DNA of 61,957 nt from Euryarchaeota archaeon UBA28 (GCA_002501605.1 DANW01000001.1:1-61957), one strand, 5' to 3'; shown: positions 48,245 through 59,847, counted from the first letter of the stretch. Notes: generated from the letters alone by a model not told the origin. A program made the numbers and translations.

Positions 48245-49363
48245 CTATCCGACAAACTCCACTGTCCTACTCTTCAGATTCCTCATCTGGGTATGCAATG
48301 CAGCACCATGAATCTGCTCACTCTTCACTCCTGTAAGAACCAGCAGAACTCTGATGCCATCGCCCATGCTGGGATCAGTAGTAGCTCCCCAGATTATTCT
48401 AGCATATGGGTTGATCTTGTCCCTTATGATCTTGGCACATGATTCAGCGTCACCAAGAGAGAGACTGGGGCCACCTACGACATTTACTAACGCGCCTCTT
48501 GCATCAGACACATCGATATCCAGAAGTGGAGATTGCAACGCCTCCTCTGTGGCTGCTTCTGCCATTCCTTCACCTCTGGCCTCACCGAGTCCGATCATTG
48601 CCACTCCGCCTCCATTTTCCATAACAGATCGTAAATCCTGGAAGTCCAGGTTAACTACTCCTTCCTTTGCTATCATCTCTGAAACTCCCTTGATGCTTCG
48701 CATCAGGAGCTCATCGGCTACTCTGAATGCCGCGTCGAGAGGGAGCTCTCTTACTCCATCAACCTCCAAAAGCCTCTCATTTGGAAGTACAACAACTGTA
48801 TCGCAGACCTCCCTTAATCTCTCCAGTCCCCACTCAGCATTTTGTCTCCTCAGAGCTCCTTCGGAAAGGAAGGGATAGCTAACCACTGCGATTGTTAGTG
48901 CGCCTGCGGCTCTGGCCAGCCTCGCTACAACATGGGCGCTCCCAGTCCCTGTTCCCCCGCCTAGTCCAGCTGTGATGAAGGCAAGATCACACGACTCAAT
49001 CTCCGCCTTCAGGGACCTCTCGGATTCGTAGGCCGCCTGTTCACCCTTTTCTGGATCTCCTCCAGCGCCCCTGCCTCGCGCTGATCTTCCAATCAGAATC
49101 TTATTTTTGACAGCCACTCGCAACAAGTGTTGCGCGTCAGTGTTTACTGCAATTCCTCTGACATACTCATCATCGAAGAGGTCCTCATGTTCCAGTCTTG
49201 CAACAGTGTTAGAACCACACCCCCCACATCCAAAGACACGTATCTTTGGTTGCAATGACATCAGTAAGCTCTGAAGCTCCGGATCACTTTCGGTATCTAT
49301 AGGCCCCAAGGGTAATTCGGACTCCTCATCAAGCTCCAGAACTCTGTTGATGAGATGCTTCAT
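48245..49363 (-). CDS. ftsZ: cell division protein FtsZ
   Basis: GCGGCGSN, NTDAQHL, GAGGDPEKG, AGLGGGTGTG, VNLDFQD. Confidence 0.97.
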   Translation of the reverse strand: MKHLINRVLELDEESELPLGPIDTESDPELQSLLMSLQPKIRVFGCGGCGSNTVARLEHEDLFDDEYVRGIAVNTDAQHLLRVAVKNKILIGRSARGRGAGGDPEKGEQAAYESERSLKAEIESCDLAFITAGLGGGTGTGSAHVVARLARAAGALTIAVVSYPFLSEGALRRQNAEWGLERLREVCDTVVVLPNERLLEVDGVRELPLDAAFRVADELLMRSIKGVSEMIAKEGVVNLDFQDLRSVMENGGGVAMIGLGEARGEGMAEAATEEALQSPLLDIDVSDARGALVNVVGGPSLSLGDAESCAKIIRDKINPYARIIWGATTDPSMGDGIRVLLVLTGVKSEQIHGAALHTQMRNLKSRTVEFVG

Positions 49364-49450
49364 GTGGGTTAGGCGAGTACTACAGAGGATAACCATTACC
49401 CTCAACCATGTGTGTTATGGCACCATTTGGTCACATGGCTACTCCAGCCG

Positions 49451-50125
49451 TCAGAGTAACTGAGAGCGAGTCTTGATGAATCTCACGAGAAAGGTATAGG
49501 CCCCTCCCCAGGCAGATACTGCTAGAGCGAAGGTCATCCCATTCAGTTCGCTGTTTCCAAGGTTTAACATCTCCATAATCCAATGCATGGAATCCATCGA
49601 GATTCCAGAAGCTCCTGCATAGGCCTGCCAAGATGCAGCAAGAAGGCCGACAATGGTAATAACCATCCTGTCTGCTCTGGAGAAACCTCCGTAAATACGA
49701 TTCAACCCCACTGATTGAGCCTGAGTTCCCATGTAGGAGCCGAACAGAGTCATTAGTCCTGCAATTAGGCCAGTACTTGGCTCGGCAACAAAGCTCGAGT
49801 TCATTCCAATTGCCACGAGCAGGCCTACATCTACCACCCTGTCAATGGTATGGTCAAGGAAGTCCCCATAAGGACCATCAGTACCTTGATGCCTTGCCAA
49901 CGCCCCATCCAGGGCATCCAATACTCCGGCAATTAGGATTAGGAATACACCTCCAATAATCCAAATTGATCCGGAAGAGTCCCCCGTTGCCTGAGACAAT
50001 AGGTAGAAAGAGAGGATTGCAAGTCCCAGACTAGCCCAAGTAAGAGAACTGGGGTCAAGGTCACCCATTCTGATAACCAATGGATGTATCGCGTTAGTCC
50101 ATCTTTCACGCATCTTCTCAAACAT
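49451..50125 (-). CDS. CDP-alcohol phosphatidyltransferase
   Basis: DALDGALAR...YGDFLDHTIDRVVD signature. Confidence 0.93.
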   Translation of the reverse strand: MFEKMRERWTNAIHPLVIRMGDLDPSSLTWASLGLAILSFYLLSQATGDSSGSIWIIGGVFLILIAGVLDALDGALARHQGTDGPYGDFLDHTIDRVVDVGLLVAIGMNSSFVAEPSTGLIAGLMTLFGSYMGTQAQSVGLNRIYGGFSRADRMVITIVGLLAASWQAYAGASGISMDSMHWIMEMLNLGNSELNGMTFALAVSAWGGAYTFLVRFIKTRSQLL

Positions 50126-50666
50126 CGCCAGTCCCCCGTTCAATCCAGTCTATTGCCGTGTGAGGGGCATCATGCTTGAAGCCATCTGAGATCCAAGAGC
50201 GAATATGTCCCACTATTGACTCCGGAGAGTTTTTCGATGTTTCGAACTCAGTCCAGGGGATATCAGGGGCATACTCGTTCCAGGCCCCTCCAATGAACTC
50301 CCATTCCACATTCGAGTCAACCTTAGAATCAGAGTAATTACGAGAGACAAGACGAGCACGTAGAATTTCGGGATCGCACCTGAGTACGATGACCCCCTCT
50401 ACAGGCAAGAGATGGGATAGGTGTCCGTCGACTATTGTCATCTTTCTAGGTGGATCGGCCCAGGCACTATTTAGAATCGTTTTCAGTTTATCAACGTCTA
50501 TTGGACGCGCCCCGTCTCTCGGATCTTCGATGTCTATGCACCCGTTCTCAGATGCCAGTGACTCGACTGTCAAGATATCGAACTCGCCCCCCCTAAGTAT
50601 TTCCGCGATGGTAGTCTTCCCTGAACCAGGGGTCCCTGTCAGTCCCAACCTCCGCATGCCCTGCAT
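50118..50666 (-). CDS. AK6/Fap7-type adenylate kinase
   Basis: GLTGTPGSGKTT, VDGHLSH, VLRCDP..L..RL..R.Y...KV..NVE. Confidence 0.9.
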   Translation of the reverse strand: MQGMRRLGLTGTPGSGKTTIAEILRGGEFDILTVESLASENGCIDIEDPRDGARPIDVDKLKTILNSAWADPPRKMTIVDGHLSHLLPVEGVIVLRCDPEILRARLVSRNYSDSKVDSNVEWEFIGGAWNEYAPDIPWTEFETSKNSPESIVGHIRSWISDGFKHDAPHTAIDWIERGTGDV

Positions 50667-50743
50667 GGCCTCCCGTCCTAGCGAGAAGCAATGAAAGCTC
50701 CTGCCAAGGCACAACATTCACCACACATGAGGCTCTGGCGAGT

Positions 50744-51886
50744 ATGAGTCACATGTCCTCCGAGATAAGCTGGGTTCAAGCAATGAACCCTAGAGATAGT
50801 AAGTTGAACCTATTATTGATAGCACTTCCAATAACACTCTACTTCGCATATATCGCGCATAACGAGTCGATGTCCTTCGTCTTCTCCCTTCTGGCCATAA
50901 TGCCTCTTGCATTCCTGATGGGGAGGGCGACTGAGGAGATAGCACTCTATACCTCAGAATCATTGGGTGGGTTGTTGAACGCAACGTTCGGAAATGCCGC
51001 AGAGATGATAATCGCCCTTCTTGCAATTTACACCGCATCGAAGGCCGCCTCTGGAAGTGATACGGAAGCACTGATGGTAGGCCTAGTTCAAGCAAGCTTG
51101 ATAGGTAGCATACTCGGAAATATACTCCTCGTAATGGGTCTTGCATTTTTGTGGGGGGGAATCAACTTTCCAGAGCAGAAATTCTCTGAAACCCAGGTTA
51201 GCTCAAACGGCTCACTTATGTTGTTAGCAATGATAGTTCTGATCATTCCAACAGTATTCAACTCAACCGTAGGGGGTGTCGAGGGAGAGGATGGAGTAAT
51301 GCGACTGAGTCACGTTGCGGCCGTGGTTCTACTTTTCCTGTACGGTCTATTCCTGTACTTCCAGTTCAAGTCTCATGTAGACCTGTTTGCAACTGAAACT
51401 CACGGACACGAGGCTCCAGAAATGAGTAAGCGCGATGCCATAATCCTTCTAGTTGTAGCAACCATCCTTGTATCTTGGATGGCAGAGATTCTGGTACACT
51501 CAGTAGAGTATGCTGCCTCGGATGATGGCCTGGGACTCCCTCATCTATTCATAGGAGTAATCCTACTGCCTCTCTTCGGAAATGCGGCTGAGCACTTCAC
51601 CGCTGTGGTGGTCGCGGGCAAGGACAAGATGGACCTCTCATTTGCTATCTCGATGGGATCATCTACTCAGATCGCAGTCTTTGTCGCTCCGATGATGATT
51701 CTTGTGGCATGGGCACTCGACGTTCCACTGACATTCGAATTTGGCTTATTGGAGACAGTATCGGCATTTCTCGCTGTCTTAATAGTCAACATAATTGCGT
51801 CTGATGGAAAGTCGAACTGGCTCGAAGGCGCAATGTTGCTTGGGACATACCTAGTTCTGGGGGCCGCATTCCTGTTCTATCCATGA
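50744..51886 (+). CDS. cax: Ca2+/H+ antiporter (CAX)
   Basis: GGLLNATFGNAAE, GSILGNILL, GNAAEH, GSSTQIA. Confidence 0.95.
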   Translation: MSHMSSEISWVQAMNPRDSKLNLLLIALPITLYFAYIAHNESMSFVFSLLAIMPLAFLMGRATEEIALYTSESLGGLLNATFGNAAEMIIALLAIYTASKAASGSDTEALMVGLVQASLIGSILGNILLVMGLAFLWGGINFPEQKFSETQVSSNGSLMLLAMIVLIIPTVFNSTVGGVEGEDGVMRLSHVAAVVLLFLYGLFLYFQFKSHVDLFATETHGHEAPEMSKRDAIILLVVATILVSWMAEILVHSVEYAASDDGLGLPHLFIGVILLPLFGNAAEHFTAVVVAGKDKMDLSFAISMGSSTQIAVFVAPMMILVAWALDVPLTFEFGLLETVSAFLAVLIVNIIASDGKSNWLEGAMLLGTYLVLGAAFLFYP

Positions 51887-53383
51887 TCAGAACGGCATCT
51901 CCATCAGGCCCACTGAATCATACAGGCTTGGTCCACTACCAAGGAAGTAAACAGAACCCCGCCTACTCCGGGAGTCCTCCGCAGTGGAGTTCGAATCCGA
52001 AGCGCATGAGTCTGTGCAACCATCTGCAAAAGCCACGAAGACCCTCCCTTCCCTGTCTATGTGAAGGTCATTGAAATCAAGCAGATTTCTGTTGGACCCT
52101 CCAATATCCCTACAGTCTCCGCTGTTTAGGCAGATACTGCCTATTTGAACTGGGTCATCCGTGACTCTGTAGGTGTAGAACGTGGGAGACGGATCCAATG
52201 CGTTCAGACTGAGTGTGATGTAGAGGTGATAACTGACGTTTGTGGTTGCGTAATGGGCGTTCCCAGTCCAATTTTCTCCATCTATATCAGGCTCCCCTAA
52301 CTCGCTTGAATTTTCACTTCCCAGGTATGTTATTGCTATCCTACCCGGGTCTCCTGCATCGACTTGAGGGAATGTCGTTGAGATAACCTCTATCGGACTT
52401 ATCCTGATACTATTTTGCTCCCAGCTCTCCCCTGAGTCTATACTTCTGGACATATACACCCCCTCATCACCACCCGTCCAAATATGGTATGCATTGGACT
52501 GGGTATCAGTCGCGACTTCCGAGTTCTTGCGGGGATAAGGTGTCCCTACGTCCTCGCCCATGGTGTATTCGTCCCAGCTCAATCCGTTATCTTTGGAGAC
52601 AATCACAGTGGGAGTTTCAACTCTCGGGGTTACGTAGACGGTCCCATCGGGCGCGCTAGTTATCGCCCCGTGTAGGCCACCATTTGACGTTGCAAGACCG
52701 AAGATCTGCCCCCCTGCCTCGAAAGTGGCACCCCCGTCAAAGCTCGTGAAGCAGAAAATCCCCACTCCCTTGTTGTAGCAGTAGTAGACTGCCTGATCGT
52801 AGAATGACTGTGAAATCGATCCACCTATCCCATATCCACTATTAGTCCAAGGTCCGGTTGCTAGCTTAATATGGTCATTCAGTGGGGTTGTGCCAGAGTC
52901 GTGAGGGTTTCCCAACCAGCTCTCCCCGTCGTCGTCACTCCAGCAAATCCAAGAAGTCTCTAGACCCTGCATCTGGACGTTGAATATCCTGTCCGTCACA
53001 GGGTCCACCCAGCCGTATGGATCACTGGTGGTGAAAGAGCACTCTGGGCCAGTCACCTCCTCCCATGATTGCCCATAGTCACAAGACCTCATGACCTTCT
53101 CAAATGCAATGAAGAATATGCAACCACTGGAGGTTATTCCAATGCTGGGCTCAGCACCGTCCTCCCCAACATCACTGAAGATGAACTCCATTTGCATAGG
53201 CGGGAGACCCAAATCCATTCCATCTGGTCCAGTGACGAAGACTCTGGTTCCGCCCTCGTCCTCAATAATATCCGGACTACCGCCGTCATTGGTGTGGATA
53301 CAACCGGTGGCAGGGACTAAAACCATCATCAGAACGACTAGGAGAGAGCCCACCTTCATGTTTGGTCGACTTAGTTTATGCAC
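51887..53383 (-). CDS. exported BNR/Asp-box (sialidase-like) beta-propeller lipoprotein
   Basis: ATGC lipobox-like; Asp boxes SCDYGQSW, SDDDGESW, SFDGGATF, SKDNGLSW, SIDSGESW. Confidence 0.85.
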   Translation of the reverse strand: MHKLSRPNMKVGSLLVVLMMVLVPATGCIHTNDGGSPDIIEDEGGTRVFVTGPDGMDLGLPPMQMEFIFSDVGEDGAEPSIGITSSGCIFFIAFEKVMRSCDYGQSWEEVTGPECSFTTSDPYGWVDPVTDRIFNVQMQGLETSWICWSDDDGESWLGNPHDSGTTPLNDHIKLATGPWTNSGYGIGGSISQSFYDQAVYYCYNKGVGIFCFTSFDGGATFEAGGQIFGLATSNGGLHGAITSAPDGTVYVTPRVETPTVIVSKDNGLSWDEYTMGEDVGTPYPRKNSEVATDTQSNAYHIWTGGDEGVYMSRSIDSGESWEQNSIRISPIEVISTTFPQVDAGDPGRIAITYLGSENSSELGEPDIDGENWTGNAHYATTNVSYHLYITLSLNALDPSPTFYTYRVTDDPVQIGSICLNSGDCRDIGGSNRNLLDFNDLHIDREGRVFVAFADGCTDSCASDSNSTAEDSRSRRGSVYFLGSGPSLYDSVGLMEMPF

Positions 53384-53408
53384 AATTATGTTGCCCCGGA
53401 GAGTTTTC

Positions 53409-54437
53409 TCATTCGACGTCTACAATCCATCCAAATTCATCAGGAGAGCGCTTCTGCTGTATCGCCGTGAGATTCTCGTATAGCTCCCTAGTTACCGGCC
53501 CAACTTCCCCGCCATAGTACTCTTTTACCCTCTCCCCGTACTGGATTTTCCCTATCGAGGACACTACGGCCGCTGTTCCCACGCAGAAGCACTCATCAGC
53601 ACTCATGGCATACTCCACATCGACCTTCTCTTCCCTCACTTCATAGCCCCGTGCCATAGCAAGCTCGATAATTGATGCCCGAGTTACCCCGGGGAGAATT
53701 GTTCCCGTTAATTCAGGCGTCGAGATGACTCCATCCTTTACGCAGAAGAAGTTCGCGGCCCCTACTTCTTCGATATACCTATGATTTACCGCGTCCAAGT
53801 AGATTATTTCGGAATACCCCTCTTTCTTTGCCATCTTGGAGGGTATCATCCCCGGTGCGTAGTTTCCGATGGCCTTCACTCCTCCTGACCCACCGGGAGC
53901 CGCTCTGTGGAACCTCTCTGATACTCTGAGAGAGGTTGGAGTAATCCCCCCTTTGAAGTACGGTCCAACGGGAGAGGTGAATACCAAGAATGTGTACTCA
54001 GGCGCTGGAGCGACTCCTAGGATTGGCCCACTCCCCATCAGGAGGGGCCTGATGTAGAGAGCGCCCTTGCCCATTGGTGGAACCCATCTGGAATTCTCCC
54101 GTACGGTCTTTATGACCGCATCCAAGAAAATCTCCTCAGGCACAGGGGGCATACCAAGTCTCATCGCTCCCTCTTGTGCTCTTTTGGCATTCCTGTCTGG
54201 CCTGAAGAGAACAATACTTCCGTCTGAGGCCCGCTGGGCCTTCATTCCCTCAAAGAGGCCCTGTCCGTAATTGAGGACTCCAGCCGCAGGAGATATCACC
54301 AGATCCTCGAAGTCCATCATTGAACCGACAGCCCACTCTCCTCCTAGCTCGCATTTGGAGAGGTACATCCTGTCTGTCTTCGTGAAGCTGAAAGTGAGAG
54401 AATCCCAGTCCACCACCGGTTCACTTCCGTCTGGCAC
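53409..54437 (-). CDS. ilvE: branched-chain amino acid aminotransferase
   Basis: LNYGQGLFEGMKA, LYIRP, KAIGNYA, EEVGAAN, ILPGVTR, GTAAVV. Confidence 0.96.
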   Translation of the reverse strand: MPDGSEPVVDWDSLTFSFTKTDRMYLSKCELGGEWAVGSMMDFEDLVISPAAGVLNYGQGLFEGMKAQRASDGSIVLFRPDRNAKRAQEGAMRLGMPPVPEEIFLDAVIKTVRENSRWVPPMGKGALYIRPLLMGSGPILGVAPAPEYTFLVFTSPVGPYFKGGITPTSLRVSERFHRAAPGGSGGVKAIGNYAPGMIPSKMAKKEGYSEIIYLDAVNHRYIEEVGAANFFCVKDGVISTPELTGTILPGVTRASIIELAMARGYEVREEKVDVEYAMSADECFCVGTAAVVSSIGKIQYGERVKEYYGGEVGPVTRELYENLTAIQQKRSPDEFGWIVDVE

Positions 54438-54566
54438 TGTCAGTCCCCTGCCTCCACGGAAGCAAGCCGGCTTTCAACGATTACGCACGTAGCCTCTCCT
54501 ATCTCCAATATGGTGGCACTTCAGTACATACTTTGAAGACCGTGTGTTATCCCCTGGCGGCGAGGC

Positions 54567-57194
54567 ATGCGGATGGAGTGGGAGGGCAGGATGTGCATCG
54601 TGTCGGGCTCCTATCAATCAATAGACTCGCCTTCCCCAAGAACTGTTGTCGAGCTATGGTGCAGAGCTGAGGAAGGTCACTCCGTCCTGCTACTCGTACA
54701 CGGCCTACGTCCATACTTCGATATCGCAGTGCGAGGAGCACCGGACCATGAATACGTTCCAGACCTAGAGTCTGTAAGGGAAATCACCGAGGTAATGGAA
54801 GTATCAGAACCAGTAATGAAGTGGACTAGGCACGGCGTCAAGAGGCATTGGAGGATCTACGCAGATCAGCCTTACTCAGTGAGGAGACTCAGGAAGAAGC
54901 TGGAGGACTGGGAAGTCACGAGCGCAGATATACCATTCCAGAACCGTCTAATGCTAGATCTGGACCTTGGGCCACACATCAATGCGAGAGGGGAGGTTCT
55001 TTGGGCAGGCGAAAGGGCACCAGATGAGGTAAAAAACAGCTCTAATACTGACCCATCCTCAGCTGAAGAATCCGTAGTGAAGGAGGGCGGGTCCGGAATA
55101 TACCCGGTTGACATGATACTTTCCTGCAATCTCCAAGGATTATCCAGAACCGAGCCCTTCCCCGCCCCCTTCGTTACTTTCTCTTTCGATCTAGAGACAA
55201 GCATTGCCACTAATCGTATACTATGCGCAGCTGCGGTAATAGATCGTGCTGGGGAGCGTTCGGAGCATCAGTTCAGAGGCGAAGAGGGGGAAATTATGGA
55301 GGGGCTAACCACCCTCGTGAGAGAGCAAGATCCAGACTTCGTCACAGGGTACAACATCGATAATTTCGACCTTCCAAGAATGGAGGAGAGGGCCGAGGCA
55401 ATCTCCCCAAGGCCGAAGTATAGCAGATCACCTCTGTTCGGTTGGGGCAGAGTTCCCATGAAAGAAGGGGAGGGGAAACGAATTTTCCCAACTAGGCAGC
55501 AAAATAGGGTCTGGAGAATCCCCGGAAGAATCCCCATGGATGCATGGTGGCAGGCCCGACAGACACTTAGGCCACAAAGGGAGTCACTGAGGTACGTATC
55601 GCAGCTTCTATGGCCCGATAACGATGACATGAGAAAGCTCGATGTGGATGCAAGTAAGATGGACGAGGAATGGGCCGCTAGGCCCGATGTGGTGATGGAG
55701 TACTGCGTCAGAGACACTCATCTCCCCCTAGACATTCTAGGACATCTCAAGGCCATAGCAAGAAAGGAGGCCCTTGCATCAGTTTCACTTACTGCAGTGG
55801 AGACAGCCGCGAATGGCACTACCAGCCAGTGGATTGACTCATTGGTCATGAGACTGGCAGACAAGGAGTCGATAGCAGTACCAATGACAAATGCAGGACC
55901 TAGGAAGAGAGATCAGATTGCAGGGGGCTACGTGCATGAGGTCGAGCCAGGAATGGAGCCATGGGTAGTCGTTCTCGACTTCAAGTCCATGTACCCCTCC
56001 ATAATGATAAGCAACAACATTTGCTCCACCACCCTAGTTACTGATGGAGATGAGGACAAATCACACAGTGTTTCCCCAACAACTGGAACTAGGTACAAGT
56101 CAAAGGAGGATATGAACGGGCTAGTCCCTAGGCTTTTGGAGGACTTAATGGAAAAGAGGGACCAATACAAGAGGGGCATGGAGGAGGCACAAGAGAGAAA
56201 TGATCCAGTAGAGGCCTTCTTACTAGACCAACTGCAGTATGCGGTAAAAATACTGATGAACTCATTCTATGGGGTATTTGCGTCTAGTTTCTACAGGTTC
56301 ACTCACCCAGACTTGGGAGCTAGCATAACCGAATGGGCTAGACACAACATCAAAGCGATAATATCACAAGTCGAGGAAGGTGGTAACGACGTCATTTACT
56401 CCGACACAGACTCGATTTTCGTGAAGTCACCAGTGGACTCAGGAGCTCCGACGAACCGATCCGAAGACCCCATGGTCTCAAAGGAATGGGACAAGGCAAG
56501 AGAAGAGACCTTGGAGTTCGGGGATGAGCTGGCGAGTAGATTCACTAGGGAGGGAGCTGAGCTAGAATTCGAGACAGCACTTTCCGCATTCTTCAGCCAC
56601 GGTGCCAAAAAGAGGTATGTTGGAAGAGTAGTGTGGCCTAGGGAAGAGATGCTGATTAGAGGATATGAGGTGAGGAGGACCGACTCTTTCGATTTACTAT
56701 CCGAGACAATGACAGAGATGTTCGAGATGCTCCTCGATGGGAATACAGAAGGAGCTGTAGATATGACGAAGTTAGCGATCGACGAGGTTCGCAGTGGAGA
56801 TGTCGACCCATCTAGACTAGTAATCAGTCGATCATGCAAAGGCAAGTGGAACTCAAAGAAGAACGAATGGGACTTTGACAGTGTCTACGCTAATCCTGAT
56901 GGCCTGCCGTATGTAAGAGCCGCCAAGCAAAGAATCGCAGCAGGACTTCAATTCACACCCGGAATGAAGGTGGGGTACGTAATTACGAAGCCAGAGGGTG
57001 GTGACAAGAAGCTCGGAGTCAGGGCATGGCTAGTTGACGAAATCGGTGGTGAACCCCCCGAGTACGATACAGACTACTACGCCAAGCGCCTTGCCAAATC
57101 CCTCGGGCGAGTAACAGAGGCTTTCGGACAGGGGGAGAAGGAGCTATTGGATGGAGCCAGGCCCAAGGGCCAGAAGAGCCTCCTGGACTTCTAG
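54567..57194 (+). CDS. polB: family B DNA polymerase
   Basis: Exo FDLET, GYNIDNFD, YCVRD; pol DFKSMYPS, KILMNSFYG, YSDTDS; C-terminal PIP box QKSLLDF. Confidence 0.96.
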   Translation: MRMEWEGRMCIVSGSYQSIDSPSPRTVVELWCRAEEGHSVLLLVHGLRPYFDIAVRGAPDHEYVPDLESVREITEVMEVSEPVMKWTRHGVKRHWRIYADQPYSVRRLRKKLEDWEVTSADIPFQNRLMLDLDLGPHINARGEVLWAGERAPDEVKNSSNTDPSSAEESVVKEGGSGIYPVDMILSCNLQGLSRTEPFPAPFVTFSFDLETSIATNRILCAAAVIDRAGERSEHQFRGEEGEIMEGLTTLVREQDPDFVTGYNIDNFDLPRMEERAEAISPRPKYSRSPLFGWGRVPMKEGEGKRIFPTRQQNRVWRIPGRIPMDAWWQARQTLRPQRESLRYVSQLLWPDNDDMRKLDVDASKMDEEWAARPDVVMEYCVRDTHLPLDILGHLKAIARKEALASVSLTAVETAANGTTSQWIDSLVMRLADKESIAVPMTNAGPRKRDQIAGGYVHEVEPGMEPWVVVLDFKSMYPSIMISNNICSTTLVTDGDEDKSHSVSPTTGTRYKSKEDMNGLVPRLLEDLMEKRDQYKRGMEEAQERNDPVEAFLLDQLQYAVKILMNSFYGVFASSFYRFTHPDLGASITEWARHNIKAIISQVEEGGNDVIYSDTDSIFVKSPVDSGAPTNRSEDPMVSKEWDKAREETLEFGDELASRFTREGAELEFETALSAFFSHGAKKRYVGRVVWPREEMLIRGYEVRRTDSFDLLSETMTEMFEMLLDGNTEGAVDMTKLAIDEVRSGDVDPSRLVISRSCKGKWNSKKNEWDFDSVYANPDGLPYVRAAKQRIAAGLQFTPGMKVGYVITKPEGGDKKLGVRAWLVDEIGGEPPEYDTDYYAKRLAKSLGRVTEAFGQGEKELLDGARPKGQKSLLDF

Positions 57195-57239
57195 CATCTT
57201 ATCGTAGGGTTGATTTCATACGACTTCCCAGCAGGCTCC

Positions 57240-58436
57240 ATGAGAGGGGGCAAGGCTGCGGGCCTTTTGATGGTCTTGATGATGATTTTCACTTCACTGG
57301 CCGGCTGTATGGATGTTCTTGGAAGCAACAGTCCTCCTACTGCAAACATGACAATTGACCCCTCCGGATCTGTCAAGGCTGGAGACAGCGTTACGTTCAG
57401 TGCTGTCGGGTCCTCAGATCCCGATGCTGACCCCATGACTTTCACATGGACCTTTGGAGATGGAAACACTGGAAACGGACTCACAACAAGCCACTCTTAT
57501 GCTCAGCCTGGAGAGTATTCCGCCAAGCTTGCCGTAAGCGATGGTACCCACGAGGTAACCACTAGCAAGCTCATCTCGGTAATCGACTCATCAGCCAGGG
57601 AGCCCCATGCTGAAATAACACCCAACAAGGACGACAACTGTGATGGAGACAGCCCGCCCAATGGAGATTTTGTAATGGTATGGGTCTGTGAGGAGAATGA
57701 AATAGATGACAGGCAAGTTTCGGTTTCAGTCACAGTCCTACTGGATGGCTCCTCGTCGTGGGCAGGATGTGATCCCGATGAGCCAGATTGCTATGCAGAG
57801 GAATATATCGTTAGTTACGAATGGGACCTCGATAGGAATACGGATTCTGACGGAGATGGCATAGAAAACAATGATGTTGATGCAACCGGGGAGACAGTAG
57901 AGTGGCAGGAGAGGCCTGCAGGAGCGTGGGACGTCAGGCTCACCGTTACCGATAATAATGGACTAACTCACTATGATGACTCTACAGTCTACGTCAACTA
58001 CCAAGGCAAATGGAGCGATTTTGAGATGGACAGGAGGATACAGGACACGATTATCATGACTTGGGAATTCCCCGTGACTTATGACGAGGACACAAAAGAC
58101 AGGATTAGATACCTCAGAACCAAGGTTGACTATCCACAACAGGACGACGACCAAGCGGGTGGGGGAATAGGCGGAGGCCCTGTCACTACAACAGATAACA
58201 AGCTAGACATCTATCTATACAACGGTACAGATGAAGAAATAGCAAACTCAACGGGATTATCCAATGACAACAGGAACGCTGGAGACTGCGGGGCAGACGA
58301 TTATTGCGTCTGGTTAGTAATTGGAGCGTCTACCGTCAGGGGATTCATACCGGGGGACTGGACAGCGGACCTGGTCAACGAGGAGACGCATACCACCAAA
58401 GTGAACTACTTTATCGTGGAACTCCAGTACAGATAG
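57240..58436 (+). CDS. PKD-domain surface lipoprotein
   Basis: LAGC lipobox; SSDPD..TFTWTFGDG..SHSY..PG.Y...L.VSDG; second PKD-like LTVTDNNG; DSDGDG Ca-binding-like loop. Confidence 0.88.
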   Translation: MRGGKAAGLLMVLMMIFTSLAGCMDVLGSNSPPTANMTIDPSGSVKAGDSVTFSAVGSSDPDADPMTFTWTFGDGNTGNGLTTSHSYAQPGEYSAKLAVSDGTHEVTTSKLISVIDSSAREPHAEITPNKDDNCDGDSPPNGDFVMVWVCEENEIDDRQVSVSVTVLLDGSSSWAGCDPDEPDCYAEEYIVSYEWDLDRNTDSDGDGIENNDVDATGETVEWQERPAGAWDVRLTVTDNNGLTHYDDSTVYVNYQGKWSDFEMDRRIQDTIIMTWEFPVTYDEDTKDRIRYLRTKVDYPQQDDDQAGGGIGGGPVTTTDNKLDIYLYNGTDEEIANSTGLSNDNRNAGDCGADDYCVWLVIGASTVRGFIPGDWTADLVNEETHTTKVNYFIVELQYR

Positions 58437-58547
58437 CCGTTTTCGGCATCCTGAAACACGTTTATGCAGGGATACACGGATACGGAGCTCGGGGAACGAT
58501 TCATATACGCCCCTTCGGTCGGCGGGCCACACTTAGAGGTGTATAAT

Positions 58548-59831
58548 ATGGGTTCACAGTGGGAAGACAAGAGTAAGCCGCATCTGAATATCGTGTTCGT
58601 AGGGCACGTAGATCACGGAAAGTCAACGACAGTCGGTCGTTTGCTTCTGGATAGCGGTCACATAGAAGCGCACGTAATTGAAAAGAATGAGAAGCTAGCT
58701 GCAGAGGCAGGAAAGGCCGGTTTTGGTCTGGCATATGTTATGGATGGCTTGAAGGAAGAGCGAGCTCGTGGAATAACCATCGACGTCGCACACAAGGAGT
58801 TCTACACACCTAACTATTACTTCACGATCATCGATGCTCCTGGGCACCGTGATTTCGTCAAGAACATGATCACAGGAACTAGTCAGGCAGACGCCGCGGT
58901 TCTCAACGTCGCAGCTAATGACGGAGTAAACGCTCAGACTAGGGAGCACGCTTTCCTAGCTAGGGTTCTGGGAGTAAGCCAGCTAATCGTCAATGTCAAC
59001 AAGATGGACATCAGTGGCGTAGACTGGTCCCAAGACAAGTACAACGAGACTGTTGCAGAAGTCAGTACACTACTGAAGGGCGCTGGCTACAAGCCGGACG
59101 AGATCACCTTCGTACCATGTAGCGCGTTCCACGGGGACAACGTCTTCAACAAGAGCGAAAACACATCATGGTACAGTGGCCCGACCCTGTTCGAGGCTAT
59201 CGATGCTATCGAGATGCCACCAAAGCCAACAGACAGGCCTCTCCGTCTGCCAATCCAGGACGTCTACAAGATCAGCGGTATCGGGACCGTCCCAGTCGGT
59301 AAGATAGAGACAGGTGTTCTGAACACAGGCAAGACAGTTATCTTCAACCCAAGCCAGAAGTCTGCTGAGGTCAAGAGCATCGAGATGCACCACACAATGG
59401 TAGACAAGGCCGAGCCCGGTGACAACGTCGGATTCAACGTACGTGGTTTAGCAGCAACTGACATCCGCAGAGGAGACGTAGCTGGATACGGAGAAAGCGA
59501 ACCAGTTTTCGTCAGGCACGACGAGACATTCGTCGGCAACATCCAGATGATGGAGATTCCGAAGGCAATAGGCGTAGGATACACCCCAGTGTTCCACGCT
59601 CACACCGCACAGGTCGCAGTCAGGTTCGTAGAGCTAATCAAGAACCTAAAGACCGGAGAGACACCAGCGTTCCTAAAGTCTGGAGATGCTGCAACCGTCA
59701 GGTTCCAGCCAACCAAGCCAATGGCTATCGAAGTCAAGGACAACTTCCCAGAGCTTTGCAGATTTGCTATCCGTGACATGGGTAAGACCGTGGCCGCTGG
59801 AATGTGTATCGCTATCGAGAAGAAGGCTTAG
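58548..59831 (+). CDS. tuf: elongation factor EF-1alpha
   Basis: [45 protein letters not shown]; GAGGTG SD before ATG 58548. Confidence 0.98.
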   Translation: MGSQWEDKSKPHLNIVFVGHVDHGKSTTVGRLLLDSGHIEAHVIEKNEKLAAEAGKAGFGLAYVMDGLKEERARGITIDVAHKEFYTPNYYFTIIDAPGHRDFVKNMITGTSQADAAVLNVAANDGVNAQTREHAFLARVLGVSQLIVNVNKMDISGVDWSQDKYNETVAEVSTLLKGAGYKPDEITFVPCSAFHGDNVFNKSENTSWYSGPTLFEAIDAIEMPPKPTDRPLRLPIQDVYKISGIGTVPVGKIETGVLNTGKTVIFNPSQKSAEVKSIEMHHTMVDKAEPGDNVGFNVRGLAATDIRRGDVAGYGESEPVFVRHDETFVGNIQMMEIPKAIGVGYTPVFHAHTAQVAVRFVELIKNLKTGETPAFLKSGDAATVRFQPTKPMAIEVKDNFPELCRFAIRDMGKTVAAGMCIAIEKKA

Positions 59832-59847
59832 ACACAGGTGATGATCA

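Noticed and set aside
54567-57194. Inactivated PolB2-type or mobile-element polymerase
   Set aside because: All exonuclease and polymerase motifs plus a PIP box are intact; context is chromosomal
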